Positions 1-9,588 of a DNA stretch of 40,335 nt are shown here, piece by piece; positions within the stretch are counted from its first letter, which is position 1; every line of letters begins with the position of its first letter. The notes under the pieces were generated by a model. That model saw only the letters and a list, made by a program, of their open reading frames with translations. It made no database searches and was not told the DNA's origin. The DNA comes from a virus: the IMG/VR virus record IMGVR_UViG_3300001528_000059, positions 1-40,335 of that record, one strand, 5' to 3'. The position numbers and the translations under genes are program-made.

Positions 1-75
1 GGAACACCGGCAACCGGAACACCGGCGACTGGAACACCGGCAACCGGAACACCGGCAACCGGAACACCGGCGACT
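1..75. repeat. Terminal overlap identical to 40261..40335 (circular closure of the contig)
   Basis: Direct comparison of the two window ends. The overlap lies inside a 15-bp tandem repeat with a 45-bp super-period, so a 30-bp register is also possible. Confidence 0.85.
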
Positions 76-446
76 GGAACACCGGCGACTGGAACAGTGC
101 TTCCTTCTCCAATGGCGTGTTCTGCACTGAAGAACCTGAAATCCTGATTTTCAATAAACCTTCCGGCATGACCTTCAGACAGTGGCGCAATAGTGACGCT
201 TGTTATCTGCTGAATCAGATTCAGTTCCTGCCCAATGTGTGGGTGTGCGCTGACGGCATGACCGCTGAAGAAAAGGAAGCCCATCCCGAATACAAGACCA
301 TGGGCGGTTTCCTGAAGGTTCTGGACACGTCTGACTGCTGTGTTCGTTGGTGGGAAGGTCTTTCCGAGCGTGAACGCAATATCATCCGCGCTATTCCCAA
401 CTTTGACGCGGCCATTTTCAAGCGTATTACGGGTATTGACGCATGA
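1..446 (+). CDS. C-terminal part of a wrap-around pentapeptide-repeat protein (continues from 39915..40335 across the circular junction)
   Basis: The frame is open from nt 3 (NTGNRNTGDWNTGNR...) with no start codon. The same 15-bp NTG(N/D)(R/W) units end the window inside an ORF that has no stop. Track ORF 117..446 is only the distal piece. Joined length with the 75-nt overlap is 792 nt, in frame. Confidence 0.8.
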   Translation, partial: NTGNRNTGDWNTGNRNTGNRNTGDWNTGDWNSASFSNGVFCTEEPEILIFNKPSGMTFRQWRNSDACYLLNQIQFLPNVWVCADGMTAEEKEAHPEYKTMGGFLKVLDTSDCCVRWWEGLSERERNIIRAIPNFDAAIFKRITGIDA

Positions 447-1756
447 CCCAAGTACATCTATATCCCCATCAGGAACGCGCCCTGAAGGCCACAGAAGGAC
501 TTCAACGGGTGGCCTATTATCTGGACATGGGGCTTGGCAAGACCTTTGTTGGTTCGGAGAAAGCGGTCACATTCCAGCAGAAAATTCTTCTGGTTTGCCA
601 ACACAGTAAAATTCAAGACTGGATTGAACATTTCAATGAACATTATTCCTTGCCGGTCTTCAATCTGGCTGTGAAGGAACAACTTGCAAAGTTCGTGGCC
701 GATGATGGTCAGGCCGTGGGTGTCATCAACTATGAACTGATTTTCAGGCGCAATGCCCTGAAGCAGATGCAGGACTTCACCCTGATGCTGGATGAATCTT
801 CCCTGATTCAGAACGAAACCGCCAAGCGTTCAAAGTTCATCCTTGGCCTGAACCCTTCTAATGTGATTCTTCTTTCAGGTACACCAACAGACGGCAAGTA
901 TGAACGCCTTTGGTCACAGCTTCACCTTTTGGGGTGGCACATAAAGAAAGAAACCTTTTGGCAGCACTACATTGAAACTGAATGGATTGACACAGGTGAT
1001 GGCAGCGGATTCAAGCGGAAAATTGTGACCGGCTACAAAAACACTGACCGCCTGAAGGCCAAAATGGCGCAGTATGGTTGTGTCTTTATGAAGTCTGATG
1101 AAGCGTTCACATTGCCGCAACAGCAGGAAATCCCCATCATGGTTCCCACATCAAAAGAATACAAGACCTTCATGTATAGCAATCTTGTGACTGTCAATGT
1201 GCTGGATGCCGCTGTAACAGGCTGGAAAACTGGAATCTTAAAAGAACTGGTTGGCGACACATCGTTGACTTCAAGACTTTATGCGCGGCAGTTGTGCGGT
1301 ATGTACAGTATTGCCAAGCTGGAAGCCTTCAAGGATTTGATTGATAGCACCAATGACCGTCTGATTGTCTTCTACAACTTCAACGGGGAACTAAGGGCAT
1401 TGCTTTCCATTGCCCTTCAGAAAACATCCCACATTTCCTTTGTGAATGGCGGTGTCAAAGACCTTCAGGATTACTTTTTATACGATGATTCAATAACTTT
1501 TGTTCAGTATCAGGCTGGCGCAATGGGTTTGAATCTTCAGAAGGCAAACAAGATTGTCTATTACACCCTTCCTGAAAAGTCTGAATACCTTGAACAATCC
1601 AAGAAACGTATTCACCGCATCGGCCAAGAAAAGACCTGTTTCTATTATTACCTTTTGTGCAGGAACAGCGTTGAACTTGACATCATGGACAACCTGAAAA
1701 TGAGAAAGGACTATACTGATGAACTTTTCAAGAAAAAGTATCAGCCGCAAGATTAA
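443..1756 (+). CDS. SNF2-family (DEAD/DEAH-like) helicase
   Basis: LDMGLGKT (motif I), MLDESS (motif II), LSGTP (III) and HRIGQ (VI). ATGA start/stop overlap with the upstream gene. Confidence 0.9.
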   Translation: MTQVHLYPHQERALKATEGLQRVAYYLDMGLGKTFVGSEKAVTFQQKILLVCQHSKIQDWIEHFNEHYSLPVFNLAVKEQLAKFVADDGQAVGVINYELIFRRNALKQMQDFTLMLDESSLIQNETAKRSKFILGLNPSNVILLSGTPTDGKYERLWSQLHLLGWHIKKETFWQHYIETEWIDTGDGSGFKRKIVTGYKNTDRLKAKMAQYGCVFMKSDEAFTLPQQQEIPIMVPTSKEYKTFMYSNLVTVNVLDAAVTGWKTGILKELVGDTSLTSRLYARQLCGMYSIAKLEAFKDLIDSTNDRLIVFYNFNGELRALLSIALQKTSHISFVNGGVKDLQDYFLYDDSITFVQYQAGAMGLNLQKANKIVYYTLPEKSEYLEQSKKRIHRIGQEKTCFYYYLLCRNSVELDIMDNLKMRKDYTDELFKKKYQPQD

Positions 1757-1970
1757 GGCGGCAAAGGTCAGCGGCCTGTTTTGGGGCTTCCTGTTCGGTT
1801 TGGCCTTTGGCCTGATGCCTTGGCTTTCCAGCGTGGCAACCGCGCAGCGCGGCTATCATGCCATTGGCGGTGAAGCCCTGATTTGGGTCTTCCCGCTGCT
1901 GGCCTACTGGATGTGGGACAGCATCAAGACTTTTCTGAAGGAGGTGAAATCCAATGAAGAAATGTTCTGA
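1719..1970 (+). CDS. Small membrane protein, unknown function
   Basis: 83 aa with two hydrophobic segments (GLFWGFLFGLAFGLMPWL, LIWVFPLLAYWMW). GAGAAAGGA RBS about 10 nt upstream. Overlaps the helicase 3' end by 38 nt. Confidence 0.5.
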   Translation: MNFSRKSISRKIKAAKVSGLFWGFLFGLAFGLMPWLSSVATAQRGYHAIGGEALIWVFPLLAYWMWDSIKTFLKEVKSNEEMF

Positions 1971-2424
1971 TGTGACCCCGGAATATACCACCTGTGGGAA
2001 AGACATCTGTTGCCGCTTCTGTGCAGACCGTGCGACCTGTGAAGATGCCTGTGATGCCACGGATGACCCCTGTGCTTCCTGCTATGACGATGAAGCACCC
2101 ACGGAAGGCCTTGCCCCGCTGGATGCCTTCAAAGTCACTACCGGCAACGCAATCAAAAAGATTGCTGGCCTTGAACTGGCCAAGAAGGACATTGAAGACA
2201 GTGAAGCCGCCTTGCGCGAACAGCTGCTTCAGGCTATGGAAAAGTATGGTGTCAAGAAGTTTGAAACCGATGAAATCACCTTCACTTATGTTGCACCTAC
2301 CACGCGCAACACCATTGACAGCAAAGCCCTGAAGGCTGAACAGCCTGACATTGCCGCCTTGTACACCAAGACTTCCAATGTGAAGGCTTCTGTCAAAATC
2401 ACGGTGAAGGACGGTAAGAAATGA
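1954..2424 (+). CDS. Hypothetical protein with a Cys-rich N-terminus
   Basis: Strong AAGGAGG RBS. The N-terminal 45 aa contain 9 Cys (CGKDICCRFCADRATCEDACDATDDPCASC). The C-terminal half is helical and Lys-rich. No family recognised. Confidence 0.7.
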   Translation: MKKCSDVTPEYTTCGKDICCRFCADRATCEDACDATDDPCASCYDDEAPTEGLAPLDAFKVTTGNAIKKIAGLELAKKDIEDSEAALREQLLQAMEKYGVKKFETDEITFTYVAPTTRNTIDSKALKAEQPDIAALYTKTSNVKASVKITVKDGKK

Positions 2425-2531
2425 GTCTTGGAATATTCATCCTGATTTATTTGACTGCTTGTTTCCTGAACGCGCCCGGTTGGTTTCTGCTTGCTTTGGT
2501 TCTGCTATTCATTTTTGAAGAAAAGAGGTGA
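2421..2531 (+). CDS. 36-aa hydrophobic peptide (below ORF-track cutoff)
   Basis: MSLGIFILIYLTACFLNAPGWFLLALVLLFIFEEKR. Its ATG overlaps the upstream stop (ATGA) and its stop lies 1 nt before the next ATG, so it exactly fills the gap between two genes. Confidence 0.45.
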   Translation: MSLGIFILIYLTACFLNAPGWFLLALVLLFIFEEKR

Positions 2532-2532
2532 C

Positions 2533-2808
2533 ATGATGGCCATTGCATATAAATTCAGGGTCAATACCACTTCTGACAGTAAAACTCTTGAACGGGCTGA
2601 AGAACCGTTCAATATCAATCCTAAAAGCGTTATGAAGATTGAACCCATGACCCAAATAGGTGCAACCGGGTTGGTGCTTGATAATGGCGATTGGTGGGCG
2701 GCTGATACTGATGTTTATTATGTTGCCACATTATGGGATAAAACCCAATGCCTGATTGATGGTGATGTTTATGACACTATCAGAAAAAATCAGTGGGGTG
2801 AACCGTAA
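2533..2808 (+). CDS. Hypothetical protein
   Basis: ATG at 2533 preceded by AAGAGGTG. The track start 2491 is a TTG inside the upstream small ORF. TAATG overlap with the next gene. Confidence 0.6.
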   Translation: MMAIAYKFRVNTTSDSKTLERAEEPFNINPKSVMKIEPMTQIGATGLVLDNGDWWAADTDVYYVATLWDKTQCLIDGDVYDTIRKNQWGEP

Positions 2809-3221
2809 TGGCAGCAGAAAAGAACTTTGAAAACCGCGTGAAGCGGTATCTGCAAAGCGTTGGTATCTATCCTTTAGGATGTGCCGCTGACAGGATAGCT
2901 ATTCAGCCCATTGGATACTATGAAAAGCGTTGGGGCGGTGGTTACAGCAAGGCCGGTCTGCCTGACCTTCACATTGTCTGCAATGCAATCAGCCTTGATG
3001 TGGAATTGAAAGCCCCAACAGGAAGGCCTTCAGACCTTCAGAAGCACACCATCAGCCAAATCAACCACGCTGGTTCAATCGGAATTATCCTTTGGCCTGA
3101 TGGGTTCGATGAATTTCAACAAATTATGGAAGGGGTGATTGAATGCAGTTCTCACATTCCCGCGTTGAGTGCTTTGAAACGTGTCCACGGAAGTTCCAAA
3201 TGCAGTATGTGGACGGGCTGA
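2808..3221 (+). CDS. VRR-NUC / PD-(D/E)XK nuclease (Holliday-junction-resolvase-like)
   Basis: GLPDLHIV...LDVELKAPTGRPSDLQKHTISQINHAG matches the VRR-NUC G-x-PD...E-x-K...Q pattern. Confidence 0.75.
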   Translation: MAAEKNFENRVKRYLQSVGIYPLGCAADRIAIQPIGYYEKRWGGGYSKAGLPDLHIVCNAISLDVELKAPTGRPSDLQKHTISQINHAGSIGIILWPDGFDEFQQIMEGVIECSSHIPALSALKRVHGSSKCSMWTG

Positions 3222-4897
3222 AAGCCCTGCACCCTGCTGAAGCAGATGACCCGCTGATTCTTGGCACAGCCTTTCATACAGGCCTTGAAAAAGGCCTGAA
3301 CGCCGCACTGGACTACTATTATTCCGCGTTCCCAATCGTCACGGACAGGCACGTTGAAGAAGCCCTGAAGCTATCTGGATTGATTGCCACGGCTGATGCC
3401 CTGATTCCCAAAGGCCAAGATGAAGTTTTGGTGTCAACTTCAAACTTTATTGGATACCTTGACCGCATTGTTTCCGTTGAACTGTCACTGGAAGAACGTG
3501 ATTTCATCTGTGCGCATTGTCCACGGCAGGAACAGTGCAGGGCGGCAGGGTCTGGCCGCTGTCCCCTTGGCAAGTATTCAGGTTGGTATGACCTGTATGA
3601 TTTCAAATATTCAAGTCACCCTGACCGATACAAAACATCAAAGCAGCTACATCTTTATAAATACTACTTTGAGAAGGCCAACCCCAAGAAACACATCCGC
3701 AATATGTTCTATTTGGTTGTTCCCAAGGTCACATCCAAATACAAAACAGACCAATGCTGGCCTGTCTACATTGAACAACTTGAACAGAAAATTGAACAGG
3801 CTGTTCCACAACTGATTCCCATAAATTATGACCCCGGCAAGGTCATTGATTATCTGGAAAGTACACAGAACATTTTACAGGCAACCGATTATCCCAAGAA
3901 TGAAGGCTTCCTGTGCAACTACTGTGACTATAAAGAATTTTGCTTGAAAGGACTTGATTACATGATTCTTCCGAAAAATGAGCGTCACGCCCCCCATGTG
4001 ACCACCAACCCCGCAATGTGGTTGTATGCCCAAAGCTATGTTGGCAAGACCACTTTTGTTGATAGCTTTGATGATGTTCTGTTCCTGAACACCGATGGCA
4101 ACACCGATGCCCTTCAGAACCCGTTCATCCCCATCAAGACTGTCATCACCAAAGAAGGCCGCATGACCAAGCGGCAGATGGCTTGGGAAGTCTTTCTGGA
4201 CGTTCTGGACGAACTGGAAAAGAAAGACAACACCTTCAAGATTGTCTGCCTTGACCTGATTGAAGACCTGTATGAAGACTGCCGCCTGTACGTCTATGAA
4301 AAGAACGGCTGGAAGCATGAATCTGATGCAGGCTATGGCAAGGGATGGGATATTGTCAAGACTGAATTCCTGTCCAGCATCAAGCGCCTGAAGGCTATGG
4401 GTTATCAGGTCATCTACATCAGCAAGGAAATCAGCGGCGAGGTCAAGACCAAGGGCGGCGGCAGCGTCACCACCTACCGCCCCAACATCCCTGATAAGGT
4501 GGCCAACGTGCTTTCCGGCACTGTCAGCCTGACCGCCCGCGCCTTCAGTGATGAAAAAGGCCGTTGGCTGTCTTTCAAGTCCAATGAATATGTCTTTGGT
4601 GGTTCCCGCTTCAGCTTTGAAGATGATGTGATTCCGCTGGATAAAGCCGCTTTCCTGAAGGCGCTGACAGCCGCACAGAAAGGCCTTGCAAAGCCTGAAG
4701 CACTCAAGCAGGAAACTGCACCTGTGAAGGATGAAAGCCCTGCACAGCCCGCGCCTGAAGCTGTCAACGAGGATGTGCCGCCTTCTGATGATGAACCGCC
4801 CTTTGACGTTCCTGAAGAAGCCCCCAAGCAGGAAGAAACCCCTGCACCGGCACAGACTGAAGCACCCAAGCGCCGCACCCGCCGCGTTCGTAACTAA
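3143..4897 (+). CDS. Fusion of a Cas4/RecB-like PD-(D/E)XK nuclease and an AAA_24 (Sak4-like) ATPase, with an acidic Pro/Glu-rich tail
   Basis: N-terminal half: SHSRVECFETCPRKF, LDRIV, DFKYS, QLHLYKYY and CNYCDYKEFC (4-Cys cluster pattern). Residues about 290-480: AQSYVGKTTF...LFLNTDGN P-loop. GGAAGGGG RBS before 3143. 79-nt overlap with the VRR-NUC gene. Confidence 0.8.
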   Translation: MQFSHSRVECFETCPRKFQMQYVDGLKALHPAEADDPLILGTAFHTGLEKGLNAALDYYYSAFPIVTDRHVEEALKLSGLIATADALIPKGQDEVLVSTSNFIGYLDRIVSVELSLEERDFICAHCPRQEQCRAAGSGRCPLGKYSGWYDLYDFKYSSHPDRYKTSKQLHLYKYYFEKANPKKHIRNMFYLVVPKVTSKYKTDQCWPVYIEQLEQKIEQAVPQLIPINYDPGKVIDYLESTQNILQATDYPKNEGFLCNYCDYKEFCLKGLDYMILPKNERHAPHVTTNPAMWLYAQSYVGKTTFVDSFDDVLFLNTDGNTDALQNPFIPIKTVITKEGRMTKRQMAWEVFLDVLDELEKKDNTFKIVCLDLIEDLYEDCRLYVYEKNGWKHESDAGYGKGWDIVKTEFLSSIKRLKAMGYQVIYISKEISGEVKTKGGGSVTTYRPNIPDKVANVLSGTVSLTARAFSDEKGRWLSFKSNEYVFGGSRFSFEDDVIPLDKAAFLKALTAAQKGLAKPEALKQETAPVKDESPAQPAPEAVNEDVPPSDDEPPFDVPEEAPKQEETPAPAQTEAPKRRTRRVRN

Positions 4898-4923
4898 CCA
4901 CATAACAGAAAGGAAAAACAACA

Positions 4924-5400
4924 ATGGCAAACGTATGGGATGAATTTGATAAGGCTTATGACCTTGACGGTCTGAAAAAAGACCTTCAGGACAACGAGAA
5001 TAACGGCGGCAACTACCGCGAAGTTCCCCACGGCACTTATGAAGTGGCCGTCAACAAGATGGAACTGGCCAAGTCCAAGAAGGGCAAACCGATGGTGTCC
5101 ATCTGGTTCAAAATCGCCGCTGGCGATTTCGCTGGTTCCCTGATTTTCTACAATCAGGTCATTGATAACAACATCGGTATCCACAGCAACATTGACCTGT
5201 TGCGGTCTATGGATTTGGACTGCATTAACAACCTTGGCGAGCATGACCACGATGTTTTTCAATCGTTCGGTCAGTATGGCAACCTTCTGATGGATGCCAA
5301 GGAAGAAATTGATGAAGCTGGCCTGACCTTCCAGCTGGCCTATACCGAGGGTAAGAACGGCTTCCACAAGTACAAGATTGAAGAAGTCTTTGAAGCCTGA
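4924..5400 (+). CDS. DUF669-like protein (putative ssDNA-binding partner of Sak4-type ATPases)
   Basis: VPHGTYEVAVNKMELAKSKKGKPMVSIWFKIAAGDFAG resembles the DUF669 core. Position directly after the AAA_24 ATPase. Confidence 0.6.
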   Translation: MANVWDEFDKAYDLDGLKKDLQDNENNGGNYREVPHGTYEVAVNKMELAKSKKGKPMVSIWFKIAAGDFAGSLIFYNQVIDNNIGIHSNIDLLRSMDLDCINNLGEHDHDVFQSFGQYGNLLMDAKEEIDEAGLTFQLAYTEGKNGFHKYKIEEVFEA

Positions 5401-5451
5401 TTTCTTCTGATTATCACGGCGGGTGGGTTGGTGGGAAATTTTACAGAAAGG

Positions 5452-7215
5452 ATGGTGAAGGCAATGCTTTTTTATGACTTTGAGGTGTTCAAATACAACT
5501 GGCTTGTAGTTGTCATGGATATGGCAGCACGGAAGAAACACGTCATCATTGATGACCCTGATGCCCTTGAAAAGCTGTACAAGGAAAAAATCAATGACAT
5601 TTGGGTTGGCTACAACAGCCGGTCTTATGACCAATGGATTCTGAAGGCCATTTTGGCCGGGTTCAATCCTAAGAAGATGAATGACCACATCATCCTGAAA
5701 GGTCGTTCTGGTTATTCCTTCAGTTCACTGTTGCGTAGTTTCCCTTTGAACAACTTTGATGTGATGCCCAATCCCCCCGTTGGCCTGAAGACCTTGGAAG
5801 GCTTCATGGGTTCAAACATCAAGGAAACGGATGTTCCCTTTGACATTGATAGACCCCTGACCAAAGCTGAAATTGAACAGACGGTCTTTTACTGCACCCA
5901 TGATGTGGAAGAAACCATCAAGGTTTTCATCCAGCGGAAAAGTCAGTTTGATGCAATGCTGACATTGGTGAAACAGTTCAAACTTCCCATTTCTGATATT
6001 GGAAAGACGGAAGCCGGTATCACTGCCAAGATTCTTGAATGTGAGATGACCAAGCGTGATGATGAATTTGACTTCATCATTGAAGATTATCAGCAAATCA
6101 AGAAATATACACAGGTCATGGATTGGTTCAGAGCGCAGCAGGGCAATCACAACTATTACAGCAACAAACTTGAAGTGATGATTGCTAATGTGCCGCACAA
6201 GTTCGGCGCGGGTGGTATCCACGGCGCACGGCCTAAATACAAGTTTATGCCCGGTCAGGGGCGGCAGTGTTGGCACATTGATGTTACTTCCTACTATCCA
6301 TCTTACCTGATAGCGCATGACCGCATCACGCGCAGCGCCAAGCACCCTGAACGCTATTCATGGGCTTATTTCCATCAAATTGAGCTGAAACGCCAAGGCC
6401 GCAGGCCTGAACGCCTTCCCTATAAGAAGATGCTGAACGCCCTGTCAGGTGCTATGAAGGACAAATATAATCCAGCTTATGACCCCTGCATGAATAACAC
6501 GATGGTTGTCAACTGCCAAATCAGCGCCTTGATGCTGATTGAAATGTTGGAAGTCATTCCCGGCTTTGAACTGATTCAATCAAACACCGATGGCCTGATT
6601 GTTTCCATTCCTGATACAGATGAAGCCTTCAATCAGATGGATGATATTTGTTATGAGTGGGAAACCCGGTGCAGCACCGAAAAGGCTTCAATCAAGCTGG
6701 ACTTTGATGAAATCGAATGGCTTTATCAGAAAGATGTGAACAACTACATCTTCAAGTTTGGTCATTCAAGCAAGATTGAGCGGAAAGGTGCATGGCTGAA
6801 GGAATTGTCAAAAATTGATTTTGATATGCCCATCTTGAACACCGCCTTGACGGAATATTTTGTTCATGGAACGCCGGTGGAAGATACCATCAATAACACT
6901 AAAGACCTGATTCAGTTTCAGAAGCTGGTTAAACTGTCCAGTAAATTTGAATGGGTTGAACACAATGACCACAAATATCTGATGAAGTGCTATCGGGTAT
7001 TTGCTTCAACCAATATGTCTGATGGTCGAATCAATGCTTGCCGCGTCAAAGGTGGCAAAACAGAAATCAAGAAATTTGGCAACACACCTGAGCATTGCTT
7101 CTTTGTGAACGATGATGTGACCACTACCAAAACACCGCCCACACTTGACCGGCAATGGTACATCAATGAAGCAAGAAAGCGTCTGGCCGAATTTGGGGAA
7201 GGAAGTGCAGCATGA
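5452..7215 (+). CDS. Family-B DNA polymerase with 3'-5' exonuclease motifs
   Basis: YDFEVF (Exo I), YCTHDVEET, DVTSYYPS (motif A, DxxSLYPS-like), KKMLNALSG (motif B) and SNTDGL (motif C). Start uncertain: ATG 5452 or 5464, track TTG 5428. Confidence 0.8.
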   Translation: MVKAMLFYDFEVFKYNWLVVVMDMAARKKHVIIDDPDALEKLYKEKINDIWVGYNSRSYDQWILKAILAGFNPKKMNDHIILKGRSGYSFSSLLRSFPLNNFDVMPNPPVGLKTLEGFMGSNIKETDVPFDIDRPLTKAEIEQTVFYCTHDVEETIKVFIQRKSQFDAMLTLVKQFKLPISDIGKTEAGITAKILECEMTKRDDEFDFIIEDYQQIKKYTQVMDWFRAQQGNHNYYSNKLEVMIANVPHKFGAGGIHGARPKYKFMPGQGRQCWHIDVTSYYPSYLIAHDRITRSAKHPERYSWAYFHQIELKRQGRRPERLPYKKMLNALSGAMKDKYNPAYDPCMNNTMVVNCQISALMLIEMLEVIPGFELIQSNTDGLIVSIPDTDEAFNQMDDICYEWETRCSTEKASIKLDFDEIEWLYQKDVNNYIFKFGHSSKIERKGAWLKELSKIDFDMPILNTALTEYFVHGTPVEDTINNTKDLIQFQKLVKLSSKFEWVEHNDHKYLMKCYRVFASTNMSDGRINACRVKGGKTEIKKFGNTPEHCFFVNDDVTTTKTPPTLDRQWYINEARKRLAEFGEGSAA

Positions 7216-7697
7216 CAGACAATATCATTACCATTGAATGGTGGTATCACGACCTTCACGGAAGGACTTTGAATACATCCCGTCATGGGGTCATGGAAGT
7301 TGATTGCTATTTCTTCTTCCCGGCCACAAAAGCCAACGTCAACAAACTGCTGGCCATGAACGGCAGGAATTTTGACTTCAGCAAGCCCAACATTGAAAAG
7401 ATGTTGAACTGTATTGAACAGCGTATCAAAGACCTGAACGGGGATATTGAAGCGGCAAAGGTCACATATTCCAAGTTGTATTCTGAATGGTGTGACCTTC
7501 ATCCGCAAGCGGAAAGCGGCAAAGCCCCTTCAGGTATCCGCTTGACAAAAGAACAGTTGAAGGACACCAAAAAGCGAACCAAGGAACTGAAGGTCACAAT
7601 GAACAAGTTGGTTTCCAGCGTGAAGAACTGTCAATCCAAGGTTCGGCGGCTTCAGGAAAATCTTGAACAGATTAAAGGTTGGGAAACCTATGCATGA
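7212..7697 (+). CDS. Hypothetical coiled-coil protein
   Basis: GGAAGGAAG RBS. ATGA overlap with the polymerase stop. The C-terminal half is Lys/Glu-rich and helical. Confidence 0.6.
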   Translation: MTDNIITIEWWYHDLHGRTLNTSRHGVMEVDCYFFFPATKANVNKLLAMNGRNFDFSKPNIEKMLNCIEQRIKDLNGDIEAAKVTYSKLYSEWCDLHPQAESGKAPSGIRLTKEQLKDTKKRTKELKVTMNKLVSSVKNCQSKVRRLQENLEQIKGWETYA

Positions 7698-9576
7698 ATT
7701 GTACAAAGGCTATATTGAGGTTAGAGGGAAGAAAAGCCTTGAAAAATACAAAGGCCTTTCTAAATTCAAGACCTATGAACAAGTAAAATCCCTGCCTGAA
7801 TTTGCTGGGGTTCTGGCTGAAAACACCATCTTTGTTGACCTTGATGACGGCAATCAGGCCGAAATCTTGATGAACATTGTGGAAGATTTGCAGTTGGATT
7901 GCCGTGTGATTGACACCACGCGCGGCAAACACTTCATTTTCAGGAACACACAGCTTAAAAACTGCCCTACCCATGCACAGCTTGCCATTGGCTTGACCGC
8001 TGACATTAAAGTTGGTTTCAAAGGCACTTATGAGGTGTTGAAGCGCGATGGCGTGGAACGCTTTGTGGAATGGGATGTTGAAGAAGGCCACGACTATCAG
8101 GAAATTCCTAAGTGGTTGTTCCCGGTCAAGACCAATCAAGACTTCCTGACAATGGATGCCGGTGATGGTCGCAATCAGGCATTGTTCAACTACATTCTGA
8201 CCCTGCAAAGCAGTGGATTCACCGTGGAAGAATGCCGCGAATGTATCACACTGCTGAATCGCTATGTTCTGAAAGAACCCCTGTCTGATTCTGAACTTGA
8301 AGTAATTTTGCGTGATGATGCCTTCAAGAAACCCATTTTCTTTGATGGAAATACGCTGCTGCATGAAAAGTTTGCCGAATACCTGAAGAACGCCAAGCAC
8401 ATTGTAAAAATCAACAATCAGCTTCACATCTTCAAAGATGGCATTTATGTTCCCGGTTATCGTGCCATTGAAGCTGAAATGATTCAACTGATTCCCCATT
8501 TGCGTGACGCGCAGCGCAAAGAAGTTCTGAAGTATCTGGAACTGATTGTGGACAATGTGAAGGCGGCAGATGCCAACTTCATTGCCTTCAAAAATGGTGT
8601 GTATGATATTGCACATGAAACCATGCTTCCCCCAAGCCCTGACCTGATTCTGACCAACAGGATTGAACACAACTTTAATCCAGCGGCCTATTCTGAACTG
8701 ATGGATTCCACCTTGAATAAGCTGGCCTGTCAGGATAAGGACATCAGGGCATTGCTGGAAGAATGCGTTGGATACTGTTTCTACCGCCGCAACGAACTTG
8801 GAAAAGCCTTCATTCTGACCGGCGATAAGTCCAACGGCAAATCCACTTTCCTTGATGTTGTGGCAGCCATTTTGGGTGAAGATAACATCAGCACCCTTGA
8901 CATCAAGGAACTTGGTGACAGGTTCAGCACATCAATGATGTTCGGCAAGCTGGCCAACATTGCTGATGATATTGGTGATGACTTCCTTCAGGGAACACAG
9001 GTTTCCGTCTTCAAAAAGGTTGTGACCGGAAACCGTATCAAGGCAGAACGCAAAGGCCAAGACCCCTTTGAATTTGCCCCCTATGTGAAGATTCTTGCTT
9101 CTGCCAATGAGATTCCCCGCATGAAGGATAAGACCGGCGCTGTTCTGCGCAGATTGGTCATCATCCCATTTAACGCAACCTTCAGCAAAGATGACCCCGA
9201 TTATCGCCCGTTCATTAAATATGACCTGATGCAGCCTGAACCGCTGGAATACATGATTGCCCTTGGCATGGAAGGCCTGAAGCGTGTCATTTCTAATCGT
9301 GCCTTTACTGTTCCCACACTGGTTCAGGAACAGCTTGACGAATACGAAGAATCCAACAATCCCATCATTGCGTTCCTGAAGGACGTTGACCTGTCTGAAC
9401 TGGAAAATGAACCCACATCGGACGTGTACCGGCGCTATAACCTGTTCTGCACAGAAAACAGCCTTCAGGCCATGTCTGCCATTGCCTTCACAAAGCAGCT
9501 GTGCAGACGTTGCGGATTCACACTGACCCGCAAGCGCGTTGATGGTGAAATCAAACGTGTATACGAGAAAGAATAA
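7690..9576 (+). CDS. Bifunctional primase-polymerase (PrimPol) fused to a D5/P4-type SF3 helicase
   Basis: FVDLDD and TTRGKHFIF at the N-terminus. FILTGDKSNGKST (Walker A) and NIADD (Walker B) at the C-terminus. ATG 7690 (ATGCATGA overlap) preferred over track start 7663. Confidence 0.85.
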   Translation: MHELYKGYIEVRGKKSLEKYKGLSKFKTYEQVKSLPEFAGVLAENTIFVDLDDGNQAEILMNIVEDLQLDCRVIDTTRGKHFIFRNTQLKNCPTHAQLAIGLTADIKVGFKGTYEVLKRDGVERFVEWDVEEGHDYQEIPKWLFPVKTNQDFLTMDAGDGRNQALFNYILTLQSSGFTVEECRECITLLNRYVLKEPLSDSELEVILRDDAFKKPIFFDGNTLLHEKFAEYLKNAKHIVKINNQLHIFKDGIYVPGYRAIEAEMIQLIPHLRDAQRKEVLKYLELIVDNVKAADANFIAFKNGVYDIAHETMLPPSPDLILTNRIEHNFNPAAYSELMDSTLNKLACQDKDIRALLEECVGYCFYRRNELGKAFILTGDKSNGKSTFLDVVAAILGEDNISTLDIKELGDRFSTSMMFGKLANIADDIGDDFLQGTQVSVFKKVVTGNRIKAERKGQDPFEFAPYVKILASANEIPRMKDKTGAVLRRLVIIPFNATFSKDDPDYRPFIKYDLMQPEPLEYMIALGMEGLKRVISNRAFTVPTLVQEQLDEYEESNNPIIAFLKDVDLSELENEPTSDVYRRYNLFCTENSLQAMSAIAFTKQLCRRCGFTLTRKRVDGEIKRVYEKE

Positions 9577-9588
9577 GAGGTTTTGAAC

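Noticed and set aside
1-75. The 75-bp terminal repeat as a biological direct terminal repeat or cos end
   Set aside because: It lies inside a coding tandem repeat and an ORF reads straight through it. This is best explained as assembly overlap of a circular or permuted genome.
3875-4930. Long minus-strand ORFs antisense to + strand genes (3875..4930, 4894..5688, 7672..8670, 8932..9636, 19512..20486, 25143..26063, 30226..31629 and similar)
   Set aside because: Each lies entirely opposite a + strand gene that has clear domain motifs and an RBS. Their translations are low-complexity with no recognisable motifs and no RBS. They are typical shadow ORFs.
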